Assembly: GCA_964016885.1 (NCBI GenBank) | Contig: OZ024743.1 | Coordinates: 29,884,001-29,948,000, forward strand | Length of the DNA: 64,000 nt | DNA from: Eledone cirrhosa | Taxonomy: Eukaryota | Direction: 5' to 3' | In this document: one piece after another, positions 50,097-64,000 of the stretch | How the letters are laid out: the number at the start of each line of letters is the position of its first letter | Numbering within the stretch: position 1 is the stretch's first letter | Notes under the pieces: model-generated | Told to the model about the DNA's origin: nothing | What the model saw: the letters and a program-made list of their open reading frames with translations, nothing else | Database searches by the model: none | Position numbers and translations under genes: made by a program

Positions 50097-53000
50097 TTTA
50101 TTTACCATAAAGGTATAAAAAGAAGGGACAAATACAAAGGAGGAGTTTACATAAAACCGAGTAAAAAGGGTATAAAATGAAAATAATCAAAAACAACCTC
50201 AAAAGGGAAGGGACGTGATGGGGTTTGCACCCCCCCCCCCGAAAAAGTGTGCAATCCTTTGCCCAGGGAGCACATGGAGAAGGTGCTCCCCTCTCCTTCA
50301 CTTCTTTACCTACAGGATGGTATACAGAGAAGGCCCATTTATACGAGCCATTCTCGCCACTATCACCCAGCTGCCTGTGGCCAAGCACCTCTCTCTCCAT
50401 TCTTATCCTTCTTCCGAAGTGATATCGGAAGAAGTAGACCAGACTATGGCCAGAGAGGAAGTTGCCTGACCTCAGACCTTTCAATCGTGTCCACCAAACA
50501 ACCTCTTTCAACATGGCTATTACGCACAGAAAAACCGCCTTTGCTTCCTTTGTGAAGAGGGCAGGCGGTTTGATTGTCAACACGGACTCGGCGGTCAATC
50601 GAATCGGCGCCACCTGCGAGAGCAGTCGTTCGGCGTAGCCCCACAGATCAGCCACGCCCGGACAGTGCACCAATGCGTGCGCAACGGTTTCTTCGTGACG
50701 TACGCATCTAGGGCAAATCTTTTTCGAGGGATCCCTGCCCGGGCGCCCGTGTCTGTAGAGCTTTTCTCGAACGGGTAGAGCCCCCCGGTAGCACTGCCAG
50801 GCCAGTGACTTCTGGAAGTTGTCCATTGGTCCCGGGCCGAAAGTCCTACTGAACAGGCTGGCCAGTTCGTCCTCCTCCATGTCCAGCGACTCTCCAAGGG
50901 TGTCATCGCCCCTGCTAGCCACAAGCTCTCTATATAATGACGAGGTGGATTATCCACCGCTTGCCAGAGAGCCCTGAGCGCCTGGGCACACTCAGTGTGC
51001 CAATCGCCCAGTTTTCCGGATCTTTGCTTGACCCAGGACTGCAGCTCGGTGAGCGAGACGAGTCTCGGAAAGGCTCGTTTCACGAACGGAGCCCACACCG
51101 GTTGACCAGTGAGGAATACCTGTAGGTGCCGTATTCCTTAATGCGCGCCTACGCATCGTCAACCACGGCATCCCCAGTCCTCCTTTCGAAGGTTGTTGGC
51201 AGCAGATGGATCTTCTCACCATAGGAGGGCGCTTCTTCCAAAGAAATTGAAAGAGCATGCGTTCCATGGTGGTGAGTGTTTCCTTAGGACAAGGCACGAC
51301 AGTCAGGCGGTAGTAGGTGCTGGATGCTATGTAAATGTTCGCCACCTCCGTCCGACCTTTTAGGGACAGCTTACACTTGGCCCATTTCTGGGTTAGTGCA
51401 AACACCTTGTTCGTAACCTTGCCCCAGTTCTTTTCCACCTGGAGGTCCGGTCTAAACCAGACCCCAAGCAACTTCATCAGGCCCTCCGTCCAGTGTCCGA
51501 CGACACCGTCGGGAGGCATCGGTCTGCCTCTCCACGTTCCGAGTTGCAGCCCGATGGATTTTTCCCGGTTCAGTTTCGCTCCTGACAAGCTTTCGTATTG
51601 CTCCAGTAAGGTACCGATCACCTCGATATCCGAGTCGGTCGATACCATTACTGTCACGTCATTGGCGTAGGCCGACACCGCTTTGCTCAATCCTGGTTCC
51701 AGGGGGATACCCTACAACAACTCCAACTTCCTCAGTAAAGGCTCGAGAGTCAATACGTACAAAAGTGAGGAGAGAGGGCACCCCTGTCGAATGGATCGTG
51801 TGATTTCGAACGGCTTCGAAATGTAGCCGTTGACCTTGATCCTAGAACAGATGTGGTTGCTATGTAAGGCAGTGATCCAGCCTCTGAAAACAGGACCGAA
51901 CCCAGCCGCCGCTAGCACCGCATCCAGGTAACCATGCTCGACCCTATCGAACGCCTTAGACTGATCCAAGTTGATCAGGGCCCCACCGAAGCCGGGTTTG
52001 TTGCCAACCCTCTCTATGATGTATCGCATGAGGTGGAGGTTGTCGTGAATGGAACTGGATGGGATAGCACATGTCTGCGCATCTCCCACCAGGCCACCCA
52101 CGACTAGCGCCATACCCTTTGCTAACACTTTGGCCAAAATCTTTAACTCTGTGTTTAGCAGGGTTATGGGCCGAAAATTATTTATACTATCCCCCTTGTT
52201 CTCGTCCTTCCTCACCAGCGAGACTACGCCCTTGGCTACAGAACAAGGAATTCCCCCGTTCTGCTGCCAATTGCAGTAGACTGCCTCGGGGAGTTCGGAA
52301 AAGAAGACCGACATTGCTAAATAAAGTTCGTAAGGTATACCATCGAGACCTGGAGATTTGCGTCTGCTGGATTGGCTCAGCGCATCTCCGATCTCATCAG
52401 CCGAGATTGGTCCCTCGAAGGACTGTGCCTCTTCGCTCGAGAGACGCGGCAGGCCGTCGAGGTATGGACCGAAATCCACGTCCCCGCCCGGACCCTCGCC
52501 TCCCCCGAACAATCGGGCAAAGTGCCTTTGAAAGGCCTCGCACATCTGCTTAGGCTCCCGGATCACCCGTCCATCCTCGTCTTGCAAAGACCGGATGGTG
52601 GATCGATTTCCACTCTTAGCTTCTGTCACGTGGGCCCAGCCAACGGCTTTGGCCCCCTCATTACCTAGAGCACGTATTTTACTTCGAATGACGCAGCCTT
52701 CGTGCTTTGCATCGAAAAACTGGTTCAAGGCCGTCCTTGATGCCAGCACTCTGGCCACATCTTCGCTCTTGATTGCCTCTTCTAATTTACCTGTTAATTC
52801 TTTCTCGTTCCTATTCCTATCGGCAGCTAACATCTTGCTATAACTTATTGATTCTGTTCTAATCTCTCTTTTGAGAGATGCCCACCATCGGTTGTTGACG
52901 ATTGCACCCGTCAACCTCTCCTTAACTAATCTGCTAATCCGGTCTCTGTAAGCATCTTTTGCCGGTAAAGACAAATTAAGTTTCCAGTAACCGGGACCCT

Positions 53001-53622
53001 GTCTATGTCTTTTCTCGAGATTGACTACGCAGGTCACTAATTTGTGATCTGTATAGCCAACCGTGAGCATTTCTGGACAGCTTAATATGTCCCTATCCTT
53101 ACTTCTAACTAAGAATCTATTTAAGTACAATCTAGATTGACCACTGTGGTTCGTCCAAGTCCAGGTTGACACAGTTGGAAAATCTAGTCGATATCTATCG
53201 ACCAAGTTAAAACGGTCGAGTAACCCCTTGAGGCTGTTACAACCCCCTCTATTAGGACATGCTCCTGCATAGTCCCAACGTGCATCTAGGATGTCATTCC
53301 AATCCCCCGCTAGAAGCAGGGAACGCGACGTTCCCAGAAAAGTCTCCAGACGCTGGAAGAGGTCGGGTCGTTCAGCTCCGAAAGGGGAGTAGACGGCGAC
53401 CAGTCTCAAGGCCGCACCTCCTCTACTGCCAACGTCTAGCACCAACAAACGACCTTCCGCGTCCGAGTGAACAACCTGTACGGTGAGACCCAGGTGTTTT
53501 TCCAGCAGTACGACAACCCCACCCCCACCTCCAGGTGGACAGAGAGATGCATGCACCTCAAAGTCATCGAAGGTAGGGGCCAGCTGCCGCACGACGCTGA
53601 TCCGAGTCTCACAGATAACCAT
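50097..53622 (-). mobile_element. 5'-truncated Tx1-like LINE (ORF2 from within APE to the 3' end)
   Basis: 650-aa open segment with ETR, GDWN, TDH, SPGLDG, SKAFDRV, RQGCPLS. Then YAND, frameshifts, CPRC. 3' end aaataaagaaa followed by (TA/TATC)n. Confidence 0.93.
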
Positions 53623-54110
53623 GTCTAAGACAAAACCTATATATTTGCTAACATAGGTATACATCTGTATATATATGTTGGTAGATATACTAATTCTTTA
53701 TAATTATCTCCAAATTATTTTGTTGAGCAAAAATTTGCCAAAACTGCTACTAGAGTTCATAGTAATAGTTCGGCTACTATCTTCTTAACACCCCACTCCT
53801 CACTGAGTAACCTCGATGTTACATGATTGATTCTTTTGAATTTGCCACCGACCAAGTAGGCAGTGATTTCTTCAATGTCTTGGAATTTAGTCCACACTTG
53901 CTTTTTTCCATCCACTGAATTATTTTTGTATAAGTTCCCTGTGTCCACGCATCACCTGGGAACTTAGCTGAGAATAGACTTCCCGATGACGAAAGGCCTT
54001 CTCCTTGCGTTCCATTCGAAAACAATGTTTATTCCCTTTCAGAAACTAAGTAGTTGGAGTGAATGAAAATTTAGTAAGCATGTTAATTTTTATAATTTTG
54101 TTATTTTACG

Positions 54111-54145
<35 letters not shown>

Positions 54146-54148
<3 letters not shown>

Positions 54149-54753
54149 TGGCTGCCAACTCGTTTTCGAGTACGGCCACTACTTTATATCCATGTAGGAG
54201 AACCCCTACCGATGCGCTGAACGAGTGTGACTTTTTAGTCCAGCCAGCGACTTGAAAACTCTGGTACAAACACTACACTTGTGACAATTACTGACACATA
54301 GTGCTGGGCCCATGGTACCATGTGACGACAAGTGCAGAGAGATCTCCAGATATAAAGCAATGCCTGTGCCGTGAAGCTTTTATAGTGAGCAAAGGCACTG
54401 CACAAAGCCAGTCCCACTCTCTTAACCAAGATGATATTTACCAAAAAGAAGAACAAGTCAACATCATTGGATACCATCAGGGTTGCAGGTGTTATATCAG
54501 AGTTTTCCTTCTCCTAGAATTCTGCCTTGACAAAGGCTAAGCGGTCATCTCTCCCGGTGATTTTGGATGGCCATTGACTCTTAAGAGCTCCTTTGCCCTT
54601 TGACAGGTTTTGTTTTTAGTCCTGCAGGATGTCCAAAGTCACCCTCCTCACCAAGAAACCTTGGTGGGGTTGCCAGTTTAGTCGCCAACGACCCGACCAT
54701 GGGACAGGTTGTACTGGGATACATGTTACCAGTAGCACCAACTGGTGACCTGA
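54146..54753 (-). mobile_element. About 610-bp interspersed element, copy 2
   Basis: Matches 20493-21101 end to end; sits in (TA)n. Confidence 0.75.
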
Positions 54754-55552
54754 CATATATATATATATATATATACATACATACATATAAAAAGCATAAA
54801 GTATAAGGAGATGAAAGAATGGGTTGATTGGAAGAGTTACCAATTTAGAGTGAGTGTAAATATGTAAAAGAATAAGAAAGTGAGAGCAGATGAGACAGAG
54901 AGAAAGAGCGCGAGATACTTATAGGTATCGGAATAGACAGACAACAATGCTAGTTATGTATTTTAGATGTATGGTTTTATTGGTAAAAAAAAATATTCGA
55001 GATCATGTCGATTACTTCAATCGTAACTCTCAACCATTATCCGGTGGGAGAATTATACGGATAATTAGAATAAATATAGGTATATACATGAATAAGCTGG
55101 CACTACGCAATGTAATATTGATACGGATAAAAAGGAAATTCAAAAGATCAAAATACCCACTGAGACATACCAAGTAGATATGATTCAACGTACAAAGATA
55201 TAAACATGTATCCCTCTACTAGCGTATGCATATATCAGTACATAATCACTTATATATACTCACATACATGTATATATAGATATATACATATATATATATA
55301 TATACATGTTATTGAGCTTCTAAATACATAGGTATCAAAGTGAATGATTTAAGTACGAACTATAATTTATATATATATAACGAAGTGTGTGTGGCGAGAA
55401 ACCTGGTGACTCTTTTCCTATATATATAGTCCATTCCGTAAGAATACACAGTCATGAACATTTTTTTATCTTATATTTTTTCTGTATTTTTATTGGCAGC
55501 ATGGCCCTCCCAAAGTATAATAATAATAATAATAATAATATATATACATATT

Positions 55553-56079
55553 TTGAAAATTAGAATTGGTGCTCTGAAATAGCTATATATATATGAATGT
55601 ATATATAGTGTATATTGCAATACGCTGTATGCTTATTTAAAATCATTTCGAAGACCTTATGCTATTGTTTTAGAGTAGTGATAGTCTCACCTACTTTAAT
55701 TTTCTTCGAAATGTTTTTAATTAAGCATACAGTGTATTGCAAAATACACTATATATACATTCATATATATATAGTGATTTCAGAGCACCAATTCTAATTT
55801 TCAATTTCTGCTTGACCGGCAACCGCTCTGTATAATCAGTTCCTGATTATTTACTAGAATTTTATAAGAATCAAACATCCATGATTTCCCGAAAACAGGA
55901 GGAGTAGTTAGCCTTGATAAGCATCAACAAATGCAAAACAGGGCTCTGTCGGCTTTATCACCCCTGTTTGCTGAAAATTAAAGTAAGTGAGACTATCATT
56001 ACTCTAAAACAATAGCATAAGGTCTTCGGAATGCTGCTAATTAAGTATACAGTGTATTGCAAAATACAATATATATACA

Positions 56080-56085
<6 letters not shown>
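55553..56085 (+). mobile_element. 320-bp-unit hammerhead element: inverted 150-bp arm plus a 1.2-mer
   Basis: tcttcg(a/g)aatg at 55703 and 56023 (period 320). 55553-55702 is inverted. Ends in (TA)n. Confidence 0.85.
55910..55954 (+). ncRNA. U3-A8 hammerhead (GAAA mutated to AAAA)
   Basis: agcc TTGATAA gcat-caacaa-atgc AAAA cagggctctg TC ggct. Confidence 0.65.
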
Positions 56086-56172
<87 letters not shown>

Positions 56173-56411
56173 TGGCTTAGTTCGGATCTAGCTGACGAAA
56201 CCGCTGCAGCTCAGCAGTCGTGGTCCTGACCCTTTTCCTATTACCCACTCTTCCACCCTAGTATTGAGTATGCTGGTGCATTATGGCCCACCTGGCATCT
56301 TACCACGCCCTCACTGTTCTATAGCTCCTACTTCTGCAGTGGAGCCCTCTGGAGCCCTCTTCGATCCATACAACACTTAAATCACGGCACTACTACTGAA
56401 ATCGGGTATAT

Positions 56412-56442
<31 letters not shown>

Positions 56443-56554
56443 CATATATTTAGTAATAATAATAAATGTGAAGAGGTCTCGAATATATATATATATATAT
56501 ATATAAAATAAAGTTAAATAAAAGTCAAATGATTAAAATTTAGCTTCGTTTATT

Positions 56555-56609
56555 ACTGCTATATATATTTCAGTGACAGCCATCTTTGGCTGTGACCTCT
56601 TCAGGCAGT
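56555..56609 (-). ncRNA. Minimal type I hammerhead
   Basis: Reverse complement of 56769-56823. Confidence 0.88.
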
Positions 56610-56768
56610 TTGAATTAGTATGGTATAGACAAGTACATATGTTGTTTAGGTGTATGATATTGTCAATACTCTGATATGCCCAGTTCCTTGTTGGGTTGTT
56701 AATTCACTGGGGAACTGGAGTCATATCACTAAACAACATATGTACTTGTCTATACCATACTAATTCAA

Positions 56769-56823
56769 ACTGCCTGAAGAGGTCACAGCCAAAGATGGCT
56801 GTCACTGAAATATATATAGCAGT
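56769..56823 (+). ncRNA. Minimal type I hammerhead
   Basis: actgc CTGAAGA ggtcacagcca-aaga-tggctgtcact GAAA tatata TA gcagt. Confidence 0.88.
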
Positions 56824-56969
56824 AATAAACGAAGCTAAATTTTAATCATTTGACTTTTATTTAACTTTATTTTACACTACTCCGGAGTAACCAAACCAAC
56901 CTGCGCACTTCGTCGAGTGCTCCAGCCTGCATACTGAGGTGTTGGTATACAACCAACATAAACTCAAAA

Positions 56970-57103
<134 letters not shown>

Positions 57104-57269
57104 TTCATGATATAAATACCCCCTCCGCCTCCGTGGTATCTTCTTCGGGGTTATAAGAGGCTTAGCTCTGTTTCTAGACCGTTATATCGCGTGACTATCT
57201 CCCCCTCCGCCTTTTGGGATTCTTTCTCACGTCGTGTAGACGCGTTCTTGAGACTAGTAAAATGAGGTA

Positions 57270-57359
57270 TCCTCTTGATAAGTCGGCAGACCTCGCAAGG
57301 ACTCTATATCTTTATGATGTATTGTTTTTGTTTATGCCACGAAACTACGTAGTCGAGGA
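57270..57359 (+). ncRNA. Type I hammerhead with U3-A8 core
   Basis: tcctc TTGATAA gtcggca...tgccac GAAA ctacgtag TC gagga. Confidence 0.8.
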
Positions 57360-57863
57360 ATCTAGGAGCAGTTTAGGTATGATACATGTTATTACTAATT
57401 ATATCTAAATGTTTCTTCTCTCTTCATAATGTATTTTTAACTCTGATACTGGTTCAGTCTAGTTCAACCGGATTGGTCTGTCCCAGTCATTCATTGAGCA
57501 ACATCGGTGAAGTTGGCACCCTTAACTCACGGTTGGGTGCGGATGCATTCATGTATATGTGTGTCCCCGCATGAATCTGTGTGTTTCTAAATATATTGTT
57601 AATAACTCCCTCTGGTCGAGCAATCTTTGAAGTGTGGGGACTGCTGGAAAGCTTCCATTACTCATACTTCTCGCCTCCTTCACCACCTCTTCTACGGCTT
57701 CGATATAAATACCCCCCCCCGCCTCCGTGGTATCTTCTTCGGGGTTATAAGAGGCTTAGCTCTGTTTCTCGACCGTTATATCGCGTGACTATCTCCCCCT
57801 CCGCCTTTTGGGATTCTTTCTCACGTCGTGTAGACGCGTTCTTGAGACTAGTAAAATGAGGTA

Positions 57864-57953
57864 TCCTCTTGATAAGTCGGCAGACCTCGCAAGGACTCTA
57901 TATCTTTATGATGTATTGTTTTTGTTTATGCCACGAAACTACGTAGTCGAGGA
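57864..57953 (+). ncRNA. Type I hammerhead with U3-A8 core (second copy)
   Basis: Same as 57270-57359, offset by 594. Confidence 0.8.
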
Positions 57954-58109
57954 ATCTAGGAGCAGTTTAGGTATGATACATTTTATTACTAATTACATCT
58001 AAATGTTTCTTCTCTCTTCATAATGTATATATATATATATATATATATACATATATTTATATATGAAACAAAAACAAAGAGCGCTTACATCATCAATTAA
58101 TCTTTATTT

Positions 58110-58154
58110 GCTGACAGTGTTTTGTCCTTGCATAATTGCAGGACACATCAGAGC
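58110..58154 (-). ncRNA. Degenerate hammerhead (two core mutations)
   Basis: gct CTGATGT gtcctgca-atta-tgcaaggac AAAA cactg TC agc. Confidence 0.5.
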
Positions 58155-58319
58155 GTTATAAAGAGGAATTAAATCAATAGTATACACAATAACGATCTAT
58201 ATGTAGCACAGAGGACTAAGAAGAGTGGGGTGCTTGGACGACGCGTCACCGCTAGAAGCCGATACATTTAAGACCAAAATCAGTTACAATAATTAAAGAT
58301 AAGGAAAAATAAAATATAA

Positions 58320-58530
58320 GAAATTTAAAGATAAAAGATAAAGCGTAAAGGGTAGCGTCTAGAAGTAAGGATAAAATAAAGATAACAATAAAATGATGAC
58401 CATTTAAGAAAATATAATAAAATAATAAAAAATAATAAAAATAAAAATAAAAATAAAAATAAAAATGAGAATAAAATATGAGAATAAAAGATGATAAAAA
58501 TAAAGATAAAAATAAAAATGGAACATAAAA
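58320..58530. repeat. (ATAAAA)n low-complexity tract
   Basis: Directly visible. Confidence 0.9.
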
Positions 58531-59979
58531 GATAACACATTATATAAGCAATGCAAATAAATGCAAGCAAATGTAGTTGTAGACAGTAAAGGATTTCAGA
58601 GGTGACAGTTTAAGAATAATATTAACGATGTAGGCAGAGTCAGTTATAGTGGGAGCTAGATAAAGCGATCATATTGTAGAATTCCATGTATCTATCACAC
58701 AGTATGGCAACAAGTCTTCAAATGCAATTTATCTGTGTGGTTCACAGAACATATAGGTCGCTAAAGCAAAGCGTAGTGGAAGCAGGTGAAAGCAATCACC
58801 ACGGATATCAGTAGAATATAAGTTTGCGTGTGTGTGTGTGTTTGCGTGTAAGTCTACATAGACCTACGTACATACGCACACACTCATATATTTATATATA
58901 TACATACATACATGTATCCACGTGTTCCATTCGTCCGTGATACCCCTTAAAATCACAAATCCATCCACTCCAGTCTCATGTTGGGATCAATACCTCCGCA
59001 TCAGAGCTGTGGGGTTGTGAGTCCATGCAATCCTAAGTTTCTCAACATTCCACGAATGACTTAAATTATCCGAGTCATACAAGTATAGATGAAACTATAC
59101 ATATCAAGCTGTAAGGTACACACGGCGCATCCACAGTATCGCTTACTATATTCTAACCTGGTACAATGGTATTCCAATATGTTCTAATTTAATTAATTAA
59201 ATCAAATCAATTGACCGTTTAATTCCAGAGTTTACAGCGTTCCGTTATATATATACGTATATATATATATGTATATATATATATTTACCCATTCATTGAC
59301 TTATGTAGAAACAGTGACTTTTTGACGAGACCCTCGAAATCTGAAAGGTCTTGTAATTGAATCGATTACATTAGTCTTGGTAATGGGTATATATCTATTA
59401 AGTTAAGAAAGATGTACATTTAGAAGATATGTTCAGCTATAGCTAAAGTGAAAAAGTGTTTTCGTTAAAATATTATGATTTATTACAAAGCATCTCCTGT
59501 GCACCAGAACTATTTAGATTTCAAAAAAATTATATTCCGTTATTTATATCTCTAAAACAATGTCGCCCATTATTTTAATATGAATTATATAGTGAATATC
59601 AGCAGTTATGTTAATTTTCCGAATCAATACTTTGTCGTTTGTTTAGGTGTAACAAACACTCGGCTGTGACTGTAATCAAAACACTGAACCTCCATTGAAT
59701 AAAAATATTTATTGGAATGTACTATACCACTGCAGATCACTACTTGTTATTATGTAGCACTTTGGTCAACATGACTCTGATGAACAACTTCGCAAACCCC
59801 GTTTTTACTTGAATGGACTTTCAGCTAGAAAGTTCTTCTCCGAAAGTTCCTCTCCGAGTCATAAGTTAGGGCAATGTGTTTTGGTAAACAATAGTAGTCG
59901 CTGATGTATACAAGTCTCTTTTCTTCACGTCCAAGGTAAAAGCCAAGGCCGATAGACATTGGCACCAGTGACGCGCAAC

Positions 59980-60115
59980 TAAACAGAGTGAGCTGCATTC
60001 TCCTGAAATAAAATGTCTTGCTAAAGGATATAACGCATCGCGTTGTTCAGGAATCTAACTCACAATATCAGAATCGTAAGCACGATGTTTTAACTACTAA
60101 CCCATCCACCTTCAC
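59980..60115 (-). mobile_element. Degenerate CORE-like SINE
   Basis: tgaaataaaatgtcttgctaaagga..caggaatctaactcacaat..taactactaacc. Confidence 0.45.
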
Positions 60116-61285
60116 AATGAACAACCTAACGTTATATTATATGCAGCTGTGTACCTTTCGATTGGCTGAATATGTAAAGGATTAGATTCATATTGTTTAT
60201 TTGGTGAACTTTTATTGCTATTCACTGAAATATGGCACACATATCGTAAATCTAATTTTATTAAGGTTTATGTTACAAAGACTCCGTTTTTTGCTGTGCC
60301 CCTGTAACTGAAAACACATAGTAGAAAACGTATACTATAGGGAGGCACACATTTTCAATTATTTATTTCGTGGGGAGGGGATAGGATCTTAGATTTAAAG
60401 GAAATCTAATACGTTTAGTAAAATGAAATAAATTGAAATGGGAAACAAAACTTGAACGTGGAATAGGATTACATGAAATGTTCTTCTCAACCCATTCATA
60501 TGAATTATGCTTCATAGCTGGATTGATATTTAGTGCATTTTCGATGCAGGGTTCAAGGGATCCATGTAGATAAACTGAATGAATCCAAATTCTGAGTAAG
60601 GCGAAGAGCGAAGCCAGAGTTGGAATGTTGTTTATAGAAGTTAGAATCTAAACAATATTTACTAGATATGTGTGTGTGTATAAACCGTCACACACAATCA
60701 GACATTCATGCATGTAAAAACACACAATCAGGAACTCCCAAACGCATCATCAGCAAAGCCCTTGAGAGCCATTACGAATGTCAACATTTCTATTGTCCCT
60801 TTTTATTTATCTATAACACACAGTTAAGCGAGAGCTTCAGATAATCAGATAACATCTTTTATTGTATGACATTTTAGAATTATTACATGCTTTTTTTATT
60901 GAATAAATTGATTTATATATCTTAGGTTAGCAGTGAATATGAAATAATTTATCATACGTATTGCATGTCCAATTACACTGTCAACGTACATATTAATATA
61001 TGGATTGAATTATATATGTTGCTACGAATTATTTGAGTACTGTAACTTGGTAAAATTTGTGTTACATAATTCTTTATTCAAATACCTTAATATCGGCTTT
61101 TATATGACAGCGAAAACTATATTTTCTCCACCTGTACTGACACAAAACTAAGTGTACAGAGAATAAGTGTTAGATTGGGAGAAGGGTGTAATTTATCTAT
61201 AAAAGGAATCAAAGATATCGTTCTTGAACACCGGGTTCTTTAGCATTTAAAGGGATTGAGATAACTCGTTAGGTGTTATTATTTT

Positions 61286-61532
61286 TACGGGGTCGATAAA
61301 ATAAAGTACCAGTAATGTACTGATTAATTGCTGGCCTTGTGCCTAAAGTAGAAACAATTATTTTTAGAGAGTCGGACGCCATGCTTTCCAGCATAGTTGC
61401 GTCCCTTTACAATCTGTGTTCAAATCCCGCCGAGGTTGACTTTGCCTTTCATCCTTACGGGGTCTATAAAATAAAGTACCAGTAATGCACTGAGTAATTG
61501 CTGGCCTTGTGCCTAAAGTAGAAACAATTATT
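61286..61532 (+). mobile_element. Two tandem truncated tRNA-derived SINE copies
   Basis: ttacggggtc(g/t)ataaaataaagtaccagtaatg..gaaacaattatt occurs twice. Confidence 0.85.
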
Positions 61533-62528
61533 TTTTCTATTGTTTAAATTCAGGTTAGCACTCATAGAGTAGGTTCATGATCAAAAGGATACCAGCATAA
61601 AAATATTGTCATCTTTTAGGTGTCGTGGGGCAATTTATCTATAGCTTCTAGCAGGTCAAATAACCATGTGGAGTTTCTCCTATGGTATAAGAATTGGTTG
61701 ATTCTATCTGTGTGTGTGACTGTATCTATATATCGAACATAATACCTTTGTAGACATTATTCGAAGTATTTAACTTGGGATGGTATGTCTTCCTCTCTAT
61801 GGAGCCAGACAATCACATGATCCATGAGGATTATCATATCAAATATATAATGCAGTTTACCTAAGCGATCTTCTACAACTGTGTAGCAGTATCGAGTTTG
61901 TATCAATTCACTCTGCAATAAAGAGTAAATATTGTTTGTTTATATGGCTGCAGATCGCAAGGCTGTCGAACTTTTATCTAATGGAATTTAGAATAATTCA
62001 AAATATATTTTGTTAGAATCAATCTCCATTATGCGTATTTTTATATCTTTTTAAAAATTTGTATATTTTTATGACTGTTTTTGTTTATTAGTCCATAATA
62101 TCGCGAGGTTTCACAAGTTTTACTTTCATGTTGAATTTAATCACCAGCTAGTATTTTGCAGAAAATTTATGTGGTGCATTAATGTTATGGTTTAGTTGTG
62201 CAAGTCAAAGAATATACAACTGATTTTTATCAGTTTAGAAATACCTCTAAAGAATTGTGGTTGTATGTCACAGGCAAATGCTGTCAGTAATTATATATTG
62301 CCGAATATTATTAAATAACTATGGGAGGACAGAGTTCTGTGACAGAAAATAATAACAAACATAACATAAAATATTTCTATACATCATCAGAAAACATTGA
62401 TGAATAATACCCAAACAAATACATTACACAGTGAGGAAACACATGAAAAACACACACAACCACATACACACACGCGCACATATATATATATATATGCACA
62501 CTCTCATATATATATATATATATGCACA

Positions 62529-62573
<45 letters not shown>

Positions 62574-62759
62574 GTATACATACAAATATATGTGTGATAG
62601 TGGGGTGTGATATTCATGTGTTTCCTCAGTGTATTATCCATTTGTTTTGTGTGTATATATATGTATATACGTATATATATCTATATATATATATATATAT
62701 ATATGCATACATACATAAACACATACACACACACATATACACCCGCACACACACCCACA

Positions 62760-62849
<90 letters not shown>

Positions 62850-63129
62850 TATATTCGACTGGGAGGAGTGTGTGAAAGACGGAAAAATTGAGAGAAAGTG
62901 ACACATTCACTTAGAAACATTCACTAATCAAATAGAAACTTTCGGAAACACAAATTATCGAATACACATATACACATTTTATAGAGAAAGTATGCTTTTC
63001 CCAGTTAAGTATACGTAGGTAGACACGCTCATATGTACGTATATACATACCTATATACATATATATGCCCATATAGGTATAGCATATAGGAGTAATTAGT
63101 AACGTAAGTAATAATTTTATGTTCTGTTC

Positions 63130-63630
63130 ATTTTCTACTCTCGCGTATTCATAACAATCTTGCCATTTCCAATTTGAAATCGAAGTTCTTGGTGATAATC
63201 TTAACCACTTTACTCACAAAACTCACGCCATTTGGTATGGCTACGTTAAAGATTTAACAGTTTTCTTCATTTCTTATTTCCTGTTCAATGCCACAATATC
63301 CTTTAGGCAATTTTCAATTACTCTATCATTCAGAAAGTCATAATCCCAGTATATCGTTGTTTTCCCATTATCCTGCATTACATTAACTTATGTTTTAACC
63401 TTGATATCCTCTGTATATCTTTCAAAGTAATCATGCTTTCTCATTTCCAGAAGATCTCTTCTCTTTGGCTCTTTAATTTAACTCATCCTAACTAATCTTT
63501 TCATCTATATTAATATCCATTTCTTCTGTTGCACTTTACTCTTCGTCACTATTTACCAAACGTTCTACTCCTTACACTCTAATCTACACTGCCGAGACCT
63601 ATACCACCATTCTTTCTCTTCGTGTACAAT
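63130..63630 (-). mobile_element. Ancient R4/Dong-like RLE fragment
   Basis: Minus strand gives [12 protein letters not shown] and MQDNGKTTIYWDYDFLNDRVIENCLKDIV, aligning by eye to RSEGGRGLISIE and MENNQVKVLWDFRIQTDKKLEHNRPDLV at 31 kb. Confidence 0.6.
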
Positions 63631-63647
63631 ATCTCTCTCTCTCTCAA

Positions 63648-64000
<353 letters not shown>

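Larger units (their letters stand above)
57109..58026 (+). mobile_element. Retrozyme-like 1.5-mer: about 324-bp direct repeats, each with a hammerhead; 594-nt unit
   Basis: 57109-57432 repeats at 57702-58026. Non-coding; flanked by (TA)n. Confidence 0.88.

Noticed and set aside
53757-54025. Short minus-strand ORFs upstream of the truncated Tx1
   Set aside because: Under 70 aa, no recognisable motif, not Tx1 ORF1-like.

Overview
AT-rich eukaryotic (animal) genomic DNA full of microsatellites. The SINE families resemble those I associate with cephalopod (Octopus) genomes; this is an inference. There is no intact host gene; at most there is a degenerate cbEGF-like exon at 10.1 kb. Recognisable mobile DNA: four Tx1/L1-clade LINE copies (two near full length, all disrupted), three R4/Dong-like RLE LINE pieces, RTE fragments and many tRNA-derived SINEs. 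The main hidden signal is about 25 minimal type I hammerhead ribozyme motifs, read by eye on both strands. They belong to roughly ten unrelated-looking small non-coding elements, nearly all embedded in (TA)n microsatellites. These elements occur as tandem arrays (476-564 nt units), 1.3-1.5-mers (320, 594 and 660 nt units) and head-to-head palindromes. Stem III is almost always a short palindrome, as in dimer-type ribozymes. At least two, possibly three, families use a compensatory U3-A8 catalytic core (TTGANAA instead of CTGANGA). Together this looks like a diverse set of non-autonomous Penelope-dependent, retrozyme-like elements. All folds and alignments were done by eye and need computational and experimental confirmation.
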